The position numbers and the translations under genes are program-made. The notes under the pieces were generated by a model. The model saw only the letters and a program-made list of their open reading frames with translations, was not told the origin of the DNA and did not search any database. Below are positions 29,484 through 38,327 of a stretch of DNA of 64,000 nt, in pieces (position 1 is the stretch's first letter; the number at the start of each line of letters is the position of its first letter). The DNA is from an uncultured Holophaga sp. (GTDB lineage Bacteria; Acidobacteriota; Holophagae; Holophagales; Holophagaceae), in assembly GCA_963664825.1 (NCBI GenBank), contig OY761614.1, positions 480,001 to 544,000 on the forward strand, in the 5' to 3' direction.

Positions 29484-30899
29484 TCACCCCATCGCGTGCA
29501 GGTTCGTACCCCCCACCAGGGCCCTCAGATCATCGGCTCCGGGGCTTAAGGGCAGGATGCGCAGGTTCACGGCCTTGCCAGATTCCGTCAGTTCGCGCTC
29601 CACATCAGCGCGCTGGGATTCCATCATTCCGGGCTGTTCGGTCCAGATGCGCACAGAGAGCGCGTTCCCCGAGCTCTGAAGGCCCACGCGGGTCTCCCCC
29701 AGGTGGCTGAGATTCAACGAAAGCAGCACGCGACAGGTCTGTTCCTGGCCCGGCGCGCTTTTCCCGGAAGCATCCTCCTCCACCCACATCTGGAGAGGGC
29801 TGCTCCCCACCCAGGGGAGGGGAATCTCGAAGAAGGCCGTGCCCTCCTGGGCCTGGAGGGCGTGGAAGGGCGCCTCTCTGGGCGAGACCTCGGGATCGGC
29901 CAGGGCGCGCATGCTGCCCTTGAGCCAGGCCTCCCAGGCTTCCGGAACCTGGACTGCGGGACCCGCGTGGGCATTCACGGCCTCTTGAACCCGGGTGGTT
30001 TCGGCCTGAGTCAGCAGGCGCGAGGGGAGAAGGGGCTCTCCCTTGACCGCCCGGAGGGGCTGGGAGGAGGGAGGGGCCGCAGCCTCCGGCGCGCTCCGGG
30101 AGAGCAGGCTCCGGATCCAGCCGTCCAGGGCGCTGCGGTGATCCTGGGGAATCTCAACCCGTTGCATGAGCCCCTGGAAATTCGCCAGGATTTCATCAGC
30201 AGTGGCAGCCTGGACAAGGGGGGCTGTTCGTCCCTCTTCCAGGCTTGCCAGCACCTCCTTCAGGCCTTCCCGCACCGCCACCGTGGCACCTTCGGCCAGC
30301 GTCGGGAGCCTGGCAGCAAGAGTCTCCGGAGTCGCATCAGGGGCGCTCAGCACCCGCGCCAGGCTGGCACGCAGCTCCGTTGGCAGGGCGGCGATGGCCC
30401 TGGCGAGCACAGGGGTGGGAGGGAGCACCACCGGGAGCGCCCCGGAAGAGGGGGATGGGGCCGGAGGTTCTTGGGGGGCGCCGCCCAGGATCTGCAGCAG
30501 GTGGATGAGGGGCGCAAGTTCAGGCGCCGGCGAGGTCTGGAGGAGCCGCGCCGTTAGGGCCGTCGCCTCGCCCTGCACGAGGGGCGCCAGCACGGCAGGA
30601 GTTCCCGGAGGCCGGGCCTCGAGGGTCTGCAACTTCAGGGTTCCCCCATCGGCCTCCACGCGCACCCGCAATTGCGTTCCCTCCGGGAAGGGCAGTTCCC
30701 CCTGCACCGTCACCACACGGCCGCCGGGCAGCTCCAGTTTGGCGCCCTCGGCACTCTGACTCAGGAAGAGCACGCTCAATTCCTGTCCCACCGACTGGAA
30801 CAGGGCCTCGAGTTCCGCAGAGGGCAGCTGCAGGGTCTGGAGGATGGCCGCAAGATTGGGGATGGGTGAGGTGATGGGGTCCATAGCCATGGGGTTCAT
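29484..30899 (-). CDS. fliK: Flagellar hook-length control protein FliK-like
   Basis: Low-complexity Pro/Ala/Leu body; C-terminal LNLSHLGETRVGLQ...LSVRIWTEQ...ELTESG; ATGA overlap with cheB stop. Confidence 0.65.
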   Translation of the reverse strand: MNPMAMDPITSPIPNLAAILQTLQLPSAELEALFQSVGQELSVLFLSQSAEGAKLELPGGRVVTVQGELPFPEGTQLRVRVEADGGTLKLQTLEARPPGTPAVLAPLVQGEATALTARLLQTSPAPELAPLIHLLQILGGAPQEPPAPSPSSGALPVVLPPTPVLARAIAALPTELRASLARVLSAPDATPETLAARLPTLAEGATVAVREGLKEVLASLEEGRTAPLVQAATADEILANFQGLMQRVEIPQDHRSALDGWIRSLLSRSAPEAAAPPSSQPLRAVKGEPLLPSRLLTQAETTRVQEAVNAHAGPAVQVPEAWEAWLKGSMRALADPEVSPREAPFHALQAQEGTAFFEIPLPWVGSSPLQMWVEEDASGKSAPGQEQTCRVLLSLNLSHLGETRVGLQSSGNALSVRIWTEQPGMMESQRADVERELTESGKAVNLRILPLSPGADDLRALVGGTNLHAMG

Positions 30900-31975
30900 A
30901 CCCCGAAGTGCCGCCTGATGATGCCCGCCATCTCCTGGAGGGGCGCGACCTGATCCACACAGCCGCGTTCGAAGGCGGCCCGGGGCATGCCGTAGACGAT
31001 GCAGCTCTCCTCGGCCTCGGCCAGGGTGTGGGAGCCCTTGGCCTTGAGCATCTGCATGCCCTTGGCCCCATCGCTGCCCATGCCCGTGAGGATCATGGCC
31101 AACACCTGTTTGGAGCATTCCTGGGCGATGCTCTGGAACATGGCATCCACCGAGGGTTTGTGCAGGCTCTCGGCGGGTTCGGCATTGAGTTCGATGATGG
31201 CCTGGGTGCCGCGCAGCCTGTAATTCAGGTGGATGCCCCCGGGAGCGATGTAGACAGTGCCTGGCCGGATCGTCTCTCCGTGCTCGGCCTCCTTGACCTC
31301 CACCTGGCAGAGGCCGTTGAGACGCTCGGCGAAAGGCTTGGTGAAGCTGGCGGGCATGTGCTGGACGATGAGGCAGGGCACCGGCAGCCCCTTGGGGAGG
31401 GCGGGCAGGAGATCCTGGAGGGCCTTCGGCCCCCCCGTGGAGCATCCGATGGTCAGCAGTTCCGCCATGGGATGCCCGGCGATCACGCCACTGAAGGCGG
31501 GACGGACGAGCGCGACTCCGGGCCGGGGAGGTGCGGGCGGCGTGGGGGGCTTGAGGCTGGGTTTACGGAAGCGGGGACTCCGGGCCAGCTTCCGCACCTT
31601 CTCCTGGAGATCCCGCTGGATCTGCAGGATGCTGCCCGAAGCCAAGCTGGATTCCTTGGGAATGAAGTCCAGGGCGCCCGCCGCCAAGGCATCCAGGGTG
31701 GCCTGAGCCCCTTCCTGGGTGAGGCTGGAGACCATGAGCACCGGCAGGGGATGCTCCACCATGATCCGCTTGAGACAGGCCAGCCCGTCCATCCGCGGCA
31801 TCTCGACATCCAAGGTGACGATATCGGGTTTGAGTTCGGGGATCTTCTCGAGTGCGTCCAGGCCATCCCGGGCCGTGCCCACCACCTGGATGTCCTCGGC
31901 GGCCACCAGCATGCGCTCCAGGGCCTTCCGCATGAAGGGGCTGTCATCGACGATCAGGACGCGAATGGGATCCAT
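30896..31975 (-). CDS. cheB: Chemotaxis response-regulator methylesterase
   Basis: VLIVDDS, TLDVEMPRMDG receiver; GCSTGGP, VQHMP, LTGMGSDGA. Confidence 0.96.
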   Translation of the reverse strand: MDPIRVLIVDDSPFMRKALERMLVAAEDIQVVGTARDGLDALEKIPELKPDIVTLDVEMPRMDGLACLKRIMVEHPLPVLMVSSLTQEGAQATLDALAAGALDFIPKESSLASGSILQIQRDLQEKVRKLARSPRFRKPSLKPPTPPAPPRPGVALVRPAFSGVIAGHPMAELLTIGCSTGGPKALQDLLPALPKGLPVPCLIVQHMPASFTKPFAERLNGLCQVEVKEAEHGETIRPGTVYIAPGGIHLNYRLRGTQAIIELNAEPAESLHKPSVDAMFQSIAQECSKQVLAMILTGMGSDGAKGMQMLKAKGSHTLAEAEESCIVYGMPRAAFERGCVDQVAPLQEMAGIIRRHFGV

Positions 31976-31990
31976 GTGGGGGGGCTTCTT

Positions 31991-32842
31991 TCAATCCTGA
32001 AAGGCGAGTTGAACAAAGGCGATGGCGTGATCGAGTTCGTCGTCGATGCTGAAGGTGAGACGTTCCAGATCGAAATCCATATCGGGTTTAAAGATCTCGT
32101 AGAAGGCGGGCAATTCCTCCAGCGCCACCACCAGCGACTCGTCTCCGGGCCCATTGGGGATCCGCGTGCGCACCAGCAGATCGCTGAGGTAGATCAGATT
32201 GGGAAGCAGGATGCCCTGGGGCGGCGCGTGGTGATCCCTGATGGCTTCCACGAAATCCCCAGGGAAGCTCCAGTTCTCGGCCACCATGGCGCCCACCTGG
32301 GCGTGGGTGATGCCCAGCAGGCGCTGTTCGGCCTCCACGATGAATTCTCCCCTCTGAGAGGCTTCCACCACTGGGGCGTACTCGTCGGAGAAACAGTGAT
32401 CCAGGGCGATCTTCCCAATGTCGTGGAGCAGGCCCGCCAGGAAGGCCGTCTCCCCCAGGTAGGAATTCCCCTGGAGGCGACAGATGGCCTTGGCCGTGAG
32501 GGCCACGGCCACGGAGTGCTGCCAGAGCTGAATGGGGTCCAGGTGCGTCGAATCCCTGAAATTGCGGATGATGGATGCCGTGCGCCCCAGATTCAGGATG
32601 GCGTCGAAACCCAGACGCAGCACGGCCGCTCGCAGATCGCTCACCTGCCCATCCCCGGAGTAGGCCACGGAATTGGCTAGGCGTAACATAGCCGCGGAGA
32701 GCCCTGGATCCTTCGAGAGAATTCCCAGAATCCGATCCACCGTGCAGCGTTCGTCCTCCACGGCCTGTCCCAACCCGACCACCGTGGTGGGGAGGGTGGG
32801 GAGGTCCCGTACCCGCTGTCGAATGAGATCGGAGGTGATCAT
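31991..32842 (-). CDS. HDOD domain protein
   Basis: DLPTLP, DPGLSAAMLRLANS, LWQHS, AGLLHDIGK. Confidence 0.92.
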   Translation of the reverse strand: MITSDLIRQRVRDLPTLPTTVVGLGQAVEDERCTVDRILGILSKDPGLSAAMLRLANSVAYSGDGQVSDLRAAVLRLGFDAILNLGRTASIIRNFRDSTHLDPIQLWQHSVAVALTAKAICRLQGNSYLGETAFLAGLLHDIGKIALDHCFSDEYAPVVEASQRGEFIVEAEQRLLGITHAQVGAMVAENWSFPGDFVEAIRDHHAPPQGILLPNLIYLSDLLVRTRIPNGPGDESLVVALEELPAFYEIFKPDMDFDLERLTFSIDDELDHAIAFVQLAFQD

Positions 32843-32843
32843 G

Positions 32844-33692
32844 TCAGAAGTCCGCGATGAGCGACTTGTCCATTTCAAGCGCTTCCAGGGCCGTATCCCG
32901 GTGGGATTCCAGGGTCGCCTCGTCGATGCCTAGGATCTCCAGGGCCTCGGCGGTAGCCCCACTGAGGGATTCGGGCTTTCCTAAACCGATCTTCTGACTG
33001 AGGGCCATCTGGTTGCCCAGGGCCACCAGCGCCACGAGCTTGCGATGATCTGGGGAAGCCTGGAGCGGATCGTGGTGCCAGCGCGCGGCCTGCTCGATAC
33101 TGGAGGCGATATTCCAGGAATGAAGGAGAGCCTCCCCTACCATGGCGTGATCGAAGCCGAAGGTGTCCAGTTCCATGGATAGCCCGTCGGCCTGTTCGTT
33201 GTAGACGCTGCGGATCAAGGCGCCATAGCGGTCCGGAAACTTGAGGGACAGGACGCTCTTGCCGATGTCGTGCATCAGGCCCGCCAGGAACACTTCCTCG
33301 GTGCGGGCAAAGCGCAGGGCCCGGCCATAGGCCCGACCCGCCAGGGCCGAAACGAGGGCGTGTTCCCACATGAGCCGCTCTTGAAGGCCCGTGGTGCCCC
33401 GGTTGTAGAGGTTCTTGGCGCTGGAAGCGATGACGACACTCTTGATGGTGGAAAAACCCAGGGTCATGATCGCCTGAGTGAGGGTGGTCACCTCCCGCAT
33501 CATGCCGAACATGGCGGAATTGGCGATCTTCAGGATCTGCGCGGTGAGGGCCTGGTCGGTGCCGATGACCTTCTGGAGTTCGTCGGTGGAGGCGTCAGGA
33601 TCCGCGGCGATGCGCAAGACCTGGGCGGCCACCTGGGGCAGGGGCGGCAAGTCGCCAAGGTGCGCGATTAATTCCTGGGGTGTGATGGGCAT
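32844..33692 (-). CDS. HDOD domain protein
   Basis: DLPPLP, DQALTAQILKIANS, MWEHA, AGLMHDIGK, FDHAMVG. Confidence 0.92.
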   Translation of the reverse strand: MPITPQELIAHLGDLPPLPQVAAQVLRIAADPDASTDELQKVIGTDQALTAQILKIANSAMFGMMREVTTLTQAIMTLGFSTIKSVVIASSAKNLYNRGTTGLQERLMWEHALVSALAGRAYGRALRFARTEEVFLAGLMHDIGKSVLSLKFPDRYGALIRSVYNEQADGLSMELDTFGFDHAMVGEALLHSWNIASSIEQAARWHHDPLQASPDHRKLVALVALGNQMALSQKIGLGKPESLSGATAEALEILGIDEATLESHRDTALEALEMDKSLIADF

Positions 33693-33715
33693 TCGGTCAT
33701 TCCTCCCGGGGGGCT

Positions 33716-34573
33716 TCAAGGGCGCTTGCGGTAGCCCATGGCCTTGCTGAAGTGAAGCAGTTCGAAACCGGTATTGAAACTGTGAATGGATTCGCTGTGG
33801 CCCACGAGCAGGTAGGCCTTGGGTTGGAGCTGCTCGTGGAATCCCTTGATGACCTTGGCTTTCACGGCCTCGTCGAAATAGATGAGCACATTCCGACAGA
33901 AGATCACATCGAAGGCTCCCAGGGACTTGTAGCCAGGCCAATCCACCAGGTTGAAGTTCTTGAGGGTGACCAGGGCCTTGAGTTCTGGCTTGACCTCGAA
34001 GGCATCTGGACCGCTTTGATTGAAGTGGGCCTTGAGCTGGAGGGGGGTCAGGTTGCGCAGCGTATAGGCGCCGTACGCGCCCTCCCGGGCCAGGGACAGC
34101 ACCTTCTCGCTGATATCGGTGGCGAGGATCTCCGTGGTCATGCCCTTGAGGACCGTGTCCCGGACCTCCTGGCAGATCATGGCCAGGGTGTAGGGTTCCT
34201 CCCCCGAGGAGCATGCCGCGCTCCAGATGCGGAAGCGGTTGGCCCCGCGCTCCCGTGCCTGTTTGACGGCATCGGGCAGCACGAGTTTCTGGAAGGCCTC
34301 AATCTGGGGGGGGTTGCGCCAGAAGCTGGTCTCGTTGGTGGTGATCTCCACGAAGAGCTGTTTGAGCTCCTCCCGCCCCTTGGCCCCCTGGAGCAGGTCC
34401 AGGTAGTCCCGATAGCCCCGCAGCGCCAGATCCCCCAGGCGCCGTTGCAGCCGGTTCTCGAGGAAATACTGCTTGGATTCGTTGAAGAAGATCCCGGTCT
34501 GAGCGTAGATGAAATCCCGCAGCCCCAGAAATTCCGGGCTGGTCATGAGCGGGCTGGTGGCAGGCAGGGCCAT
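33716..34573 (-). CDS. cheR: Chemotaxis methyltransferase
   Basis: TTNETSFWR, IWSAACSSGEEPYTLA, ATDIS, FDVIFCRNVLIYFD, VGHSES. Confidence 0.96.
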   Translation of the reverse strand: MALPATSPLMTSPEFLGLRDFIYAQTGIFFNESKQYFLENRLQRRLGDLALRGYRDYLDLLQGAKGREELKQLFVEITTNETSFWRNPPQIEAFQKLVLPDAVKQARERGANRFRIWSAACSSGEEPYTLAMICQEVRDTVLKGMTTEILATDISEKVLSLAREGAYGAYTLRNLTPLQLKAHFNQSGPDAFEVKPELKALVTLKNFNLVDWPGYKSLGAFDVIFCRNVLIYFDEAVKAKVIKGFHEQLQPKAYLLVGHSESIHSFNTGFELLHFSKAMGYRKRP

Positions 34574-34593
34574 GGGTTCTTATCCAAGATGAA

Positions 34594-34620
34594 GAATCGG
34601 CCGATTCGGACCCGGCATTA
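34594..34620 (-). promoter_or_regulatory. Putative sigma28 (FliA) promoter for the cheR operon
   Basis: Minus strand TAAT-N15-GCCGATTC versus consensus TAAA-N15-GCCGATAA, 20 nt upstream of cheR ATG. Confidence 0.5.
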
Positions 34621-34621
34621 A

Positions 34622-35002
34622 TTAGGAGCTTTGAGGATCCCCCTCCAGGATCACGACTGCAAGGGCGAAACCCGCATCGTGGGTGACCGTCCCGTGCAAA
34701 CGTAGAATTTTTCGGGCGGCCAGCTGTGCCGCCAAGGCACCTTCTGCCCAGAGTTTCCCATCCCGGTAGCGCAGTTCCTTCCAGGACCAGCCATCCAGGC
34801 CGACTCCCAGGGCCTTGCCGAAGGCTTCCCGGAGAGCCCACCGGCCCGCGAGGCGCTCGGAAAGCCGCTGAGGGTTCCCCTTCAGCAGGTAGGCCGCCTC
34901 TTCTGGAGCCAGGATGCGATGGACGGGCTTCTCCCCGTAGCGTTCCAGGAGACGGGCCCATCGGGCCGGAGGGCAGAGATCGGTGCCAAGGCCCAGGATC
35001 AT
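34622..35002 (-). CDS. acpS: Holo-[acyl-carrier-protein] synthase
   Basis: MILGLGTDL; LAGRWALREAFGKALGVG; THDAGFALAVVILE. Confidence 0.9.
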   Translation of the reverse strand: MILGLGTDLCPPARWARLLERYGEKPVHRILAPEEAAYLLKGNPQRLSERLAGRWALREAFGKALGVGLDGWSWKELRYRDGKLWAEGALAAQLAARKILRLHGTVTHDAGFALAVVILEGDPQSS

Positions 35003-35185
35003 GGGCGCTCCAGGGCTGCACAGACGGGAGCGGCCACCGGGCCCAGGATCGAGCTTTTGGGTATGTCCTCAGACATGGGATTCCTCACGGGAAGTGTCGA
35101 TTCTACGCGACTCTGCGCTTGTGACGGGGAACACTCCACTTGTGACCCCATGCACACGGAGCGGAATCAATACTTCAGCCATCGG

Positions 35186-35208
35186 GCACCCGCCGGGTGC
35201 TTTTTTTT
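35186..35208 (+). terminator. Intrinsic terminator inside the leader of the 2-oxoacid oxidoreductase operon
   Basis: GCACCC-gcc-GGGTGC followed by T8, 35 nt before ATG 35244. Confidence 0.7.
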
Positions 35209-35243
35209 GGCGCGTGAAACTTCCACTTTCGAGGAGCGTGCGA

Positions 35244-36638
35244 ATGGCTCAAGTGAAGGAAAGACCCAAACCTTTCCTAGTCTCCGATTACTGCAAGGGC
35301 TGCGGCCGCTGCGTGAGTGTCTGCGTGAAGGGTTGCATCGCCTTCGCAGACGAGATCAATCCCACCACCGGCGTGGTTCCAGTGGTCCTGGACCTGGAGA
35401 AGTGCACAGGCTGCGGCCTCTGCATCGATGCCTGCCCCGAACCCTATGGCCTGAAGGCCAGGTTGGAAGGCGTGGACTACGAACTCCAGGATCCCGCCAA
35501 GCTCTTCGGCGAGAAGCACAGTGAAGCCCCGGAGCCCGTGGAGGTCCCCGGCGAGCGACTCCCCCTGCCCGCCACCCAACCCATGGTCATCAAGGGCAAC
35601 TATGCCTCGGCCATCGGCGCGATCCTGGCAGGCTGTCGCCACGTCTTCGGCTACCCCATCACCCCCTCCACCGAGGGCGCCGAATTGATGGCCAAGCTCA
35701 TGCCCAAGCTGGACGGCGTCTTCCTTCAGGCGGTCTCCGAAGTCGCCACCGTGAACCACATGTATGGCACCGGCGGCGCCGGCCTGCCCACCATGACCTT
35801 CACCTCCAGCCCCGGGTTCTCCCTGATGCTGGAAGGCGTCAGCTACATGATCGGCGCCGAAGTGCCGGCCGTCTTCGTCAACGTGATGCGCGGCGGCCCC
35901 GGCCTTGGCAACATCGCCCCCGAGCAGGCCGACGTGAAGCTGGCCTGCCACGGACTGGGCCATGGCCACACCCACGCCATCAGCCTCATGCCCAGCACCC
36001 CCCAGGAGATGCTCGATCTCACGATGCTGGCCTTCGAGCTCACCTTCAAATACCGCAACCCGGTGCTCATCCTGGCGGACGGCTATCTGGGCCAGATGAC
36101 CGGCAAGGTCACCCTGCCCACCGAAATGATCAAGCCCGGCATCCCCGCCTGGGCAGTCTATGGGGATCGCAATCACCGCAAGAACCTCATCTCCTCCATC
36201 CAGCTCATGGAATCCGATCTGGAGAAGTTCAACGGCTACCTGGAGAACAAGTACAAATCCATGGAAGCCGAGGCTCGCTCGGAATCCTTCCTGGCCGATG
36301 ACGCCGAGGTGCTGTTGGTGGCCTGCAACACGCCGGCCCGGGCCGCCAAGGGCGCCGTGCAGAACCTGCGGGACATGGGCATCAAGGCGGGACTCTTCCG
36401 CCCCATCACCATCTGGCCCTTCCCCACCCAGCAGCTCATGGCCCATCTGCCTCACATCAAGCGCATCGTGATGGTGGAAGCCAACATCGGTGGCCAGATC
36501 GAGAACGAACTGCGCCTTTCCCTGAACCTCGCCGGGGTCGAGAAAATGCCCCCCATCACGCACGTTCGTCGCTCCGGCGGCATGCTCCCGCAGCAGGCCG
36601 ATGTCGTCGAACACGTGAAGTCCATCCTCGGCAAGTAA
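35244..36638 (+). CDS. 2-oxoacid:ferredoxin oxidoreductase, fused ferredoxin (delta) + alpha subunit (VOR/KOR type)
   Basis: Two CxxCxxCxxxC clusters, then KGNYA, FGYPITPSTE, TSSPGFSLM, MRGGPGLGNI; SD GAGGAG. Confidence 0.92.
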   Translation: MAQVKERPKPFLVSDYCKGCGRCVSVCVKGCIAFADEINPTTGVVPVVLDLEKCTGCGLCIDACPEPYGLKARLEGVDYELQDPAKLFGEKHSEAPEPVEVPGERLPLPATQPMVIKGNYASAIGAILAGCRHVFGYPITPSTEGAELMAKLMPKLDGVFLQAVSEVATVNHMYGTGGAGLPTMTFTSSPGFSLMLEGVSYMIGAEVPAVFVNVMRGGPGLGNIAPEQADVKLACHGLGHGHTHAISLMPSTPQEMLDLTMLAFELTFKYRNPVLILADGYLGQMTGKVTLPTEMIKPGIPAWAVYGDRNHRKNLISSIQLMESDLEKFNGYLENKYKSMEAEARSESFLADDAEVLLVACNTPARAAKGAVQNLRDMGIKAGLFRPITIWPFPTQQLMAHLPHIKRIVMVEANIGGQIENELRLSLNLAGVEKMPPITHVRRSGGMLPQQADVVEHVKSILGK

Positions 36639-36648
36639 GGAGCTCCGA

Positions 36649-38082
36649 ATGTCGAACGTCTTCTACAAGAGATTCGAACGTCACGCCCACGGCGAAGGCC
36701 TCAAGGGACAGAGCACCCACTACTGCGCCGGATGTGGGCACGGACTGGCCCACAAGTATCTGGCAGACGCCATCGAGGAACTGGATATCCAGGACACCAC
36801 GGTGCTCGTGAACCCCGTGGGCTGCTCGGTATTCGCCTACTACTACATCGACACCGGCAACACCCAGGCCGCCCATGGCCGTGCCCCCGCGGTGGCCCTG
36901 GGCCACAAGATGGCCAACCCTGCCGCGACTGTCATCTCCTATCAGGGGGATGGCGATCTGGCCTCCATCGGCCTGGCAGAGACCATCTCTGCCGCCCAGC
37001 TGGGCGCGCCCATCACCGTCATTTTCATCAACAACGCCATCTACGGCATGACCGGCGGCCAGATGGCCCCCACCACACTGATGGGCCAGGTGACCGCGAC
37101 CACCCCCAATGGCCGCAACGAGTACAACGGCGTGCCCATCAAGATGGCCGAACTCATCGCCCAGCTCGATGGTCCCGTGTATGTCGAGCGCGTGGCCCTC
37201 TTCAGCCCCGCCGAACGCAGGAAGGCCGCCAAGGCCATCAAGAAGGCCATCCAGATCCAGAAGGAAGGCCGAGGCTACGCCTTCATCGAAGTGCTCTCCG
37301 AATGCCCCACCCATCTGCGCATGACGCCCGAAAAGGCCCAGGCCTGGGTCAAGGACAGCATGACCCAGATCTTCCCCCTGGGCGTGAAGAAGGACAATAC
37401 CGTCGAGCCCTGGTTCAAGCTCAATAAGCCCAGTTTCGACGCCAAGACCTTCAATAAGGCCGTGGGCACCTCCACCGAGGCCGCCAGTCGCCACTGCAAG
37501 GGCTTCCCCACCCACATCAACCCCTCCGATATCAGCCTCAAGCTGGCCGGTTCCGGGGGAGACGGGGCCCAGACGGCGGCCCTGCTCATCGCCACCGCGG
37601 CCATCAATGAAGGCTTCGATGGCACCCACATCCCGGCCTATGGCCCGGAGAGCCGAGGCGGCACGAGCTACGCCGATGTGCACGTGGCCAAGGACGAGGT
37701 GCTCAACCCCGCCAGCCCAGAGCCCGATATCTTCCTGGCCTTCAATGCCCCCAGCCTCGCCAAGTTCGGCCCCACGGTGAAGAAGGGCGGCTGCATCATC
37801 TACGACAATTCCATCGCCAAGGATGTGAAGCCGATGGATCCAAGCATCCGGGTGGTGGGCGTGCCCTTCACGGAGATCGCGGCGGGTCTGGGCAACCTGG
37901 TGGTGAAGAATATCGTCGCCCTGGGCGCCCTCCAGGCCGCCACGGAGATCTTCCCCAAGGAGACCATCATGGCCGCCATCAAGCAGGCCCTGAAGGACAA
38001 GGCCAAGCTGATCCCCTTGAACGAGAAGGCCCTGGAGGCCGGCATGCAGGCCGCCAAGGACTTCATGGCAGCCCACAAATAA
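36649..38082 (+). CDS. 2-oxoacid:ferredoxin oxidoreductase, fused beta + gamma subunit
   Basis: HYCAGCGHG, GDGD...NN TPP motif, YGMTGGQMAPTT; then gamma domain LAGSGGDG, YGPESRGGTS, NIVALGA. Confidence 0.92.
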   Translation: MSNVFYKRFERHAHGEGLKGQSTHYCAGCGHGLAHKYLADAIEELDIQDTTVLVNPVGCSVFAYYYIDTGNTQAAHGRAPAVALGHKMANPAATVISYQGDGDLASIGLAETISAAQLGAPITVIFINNAIYGMTGGQMAPTTLMGQVTATTPNGRNEYNGVPIKMAELIAQLDGPVYVERVALFSPAERRKAAKAIKKAIQIQKEGRGYAFIEVLSECPTHLRMTPEKAQAWVKDSMTQIFPLGVKKDNTVEPWFKLNKPSFDAKTFNKAVGTSTEAASRHCKGFPTHINPSDISLKLAGSGGDGAQTAALLIATAAINEGFDGTHIPAYGPESRGGTSYADVHVAKDEVLNPASPEPDIFLAFNAPSLAKFGPTVKKGGCIIYDNSIAKDVKPMDPSIRVVGVPFTEIAAGLGNLVVKNIVALGALQAATEIFPKETIMAAIKQALKDKAKLIPLNEKALEAGMQAAKDFMAAHK

Positions 38083-38100
38083 CGGGCTTCGCCCGTTATG

Positions 38101-38128
38101 AAAAGCCCGGCGAAAGCCGGGCTTTTTT
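38101..38128. terminator. Bidirectional intrinsic terminator between the oxidoreductase operon and metK
   Basis: AAAAGCCCGGC-GAAA-GCCGGGCTTTTTT. Confidence 0.9.
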
Positions 38129-38143
38129 GTAGAACCTTGCGTC

Positions 38144-38221
38144 CTAGCGTAGGGCCGCCTTCAGGGCCGCGCTGCGATCGGTCTTCTCCCAGCTGAACTC
38201 GGCGCGGCCGAAGTGACCATA
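38144..38221 (-). repeat. Diverged duplicate of the last 26 codons of metK
   Basis: Encodes [25 protein letters not shown] versus met[26 protein letters not shown] (38328-38405); 61/78 nt identical by manual count. Confidence 0.95.
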
Positions 38222-38327
38222 GGGCGGGACCCGCTCTGCGAGGGCCATGGCCCGAGCAGGAGGACGCGCCCAAAGGCGCGTCCGATCGCGGGGTAGCAAG
38301 CCCGCGCGCTCAAGCGGCGTAGGCGTC

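Noticed and set aside
35101..35243. TPP riboswitch upstream of a TPP-dependent enzyme
   Set aside because: The conserved CTGAGA and ACCTGA..TAA cores are absent; kept only as an unclassified leader.
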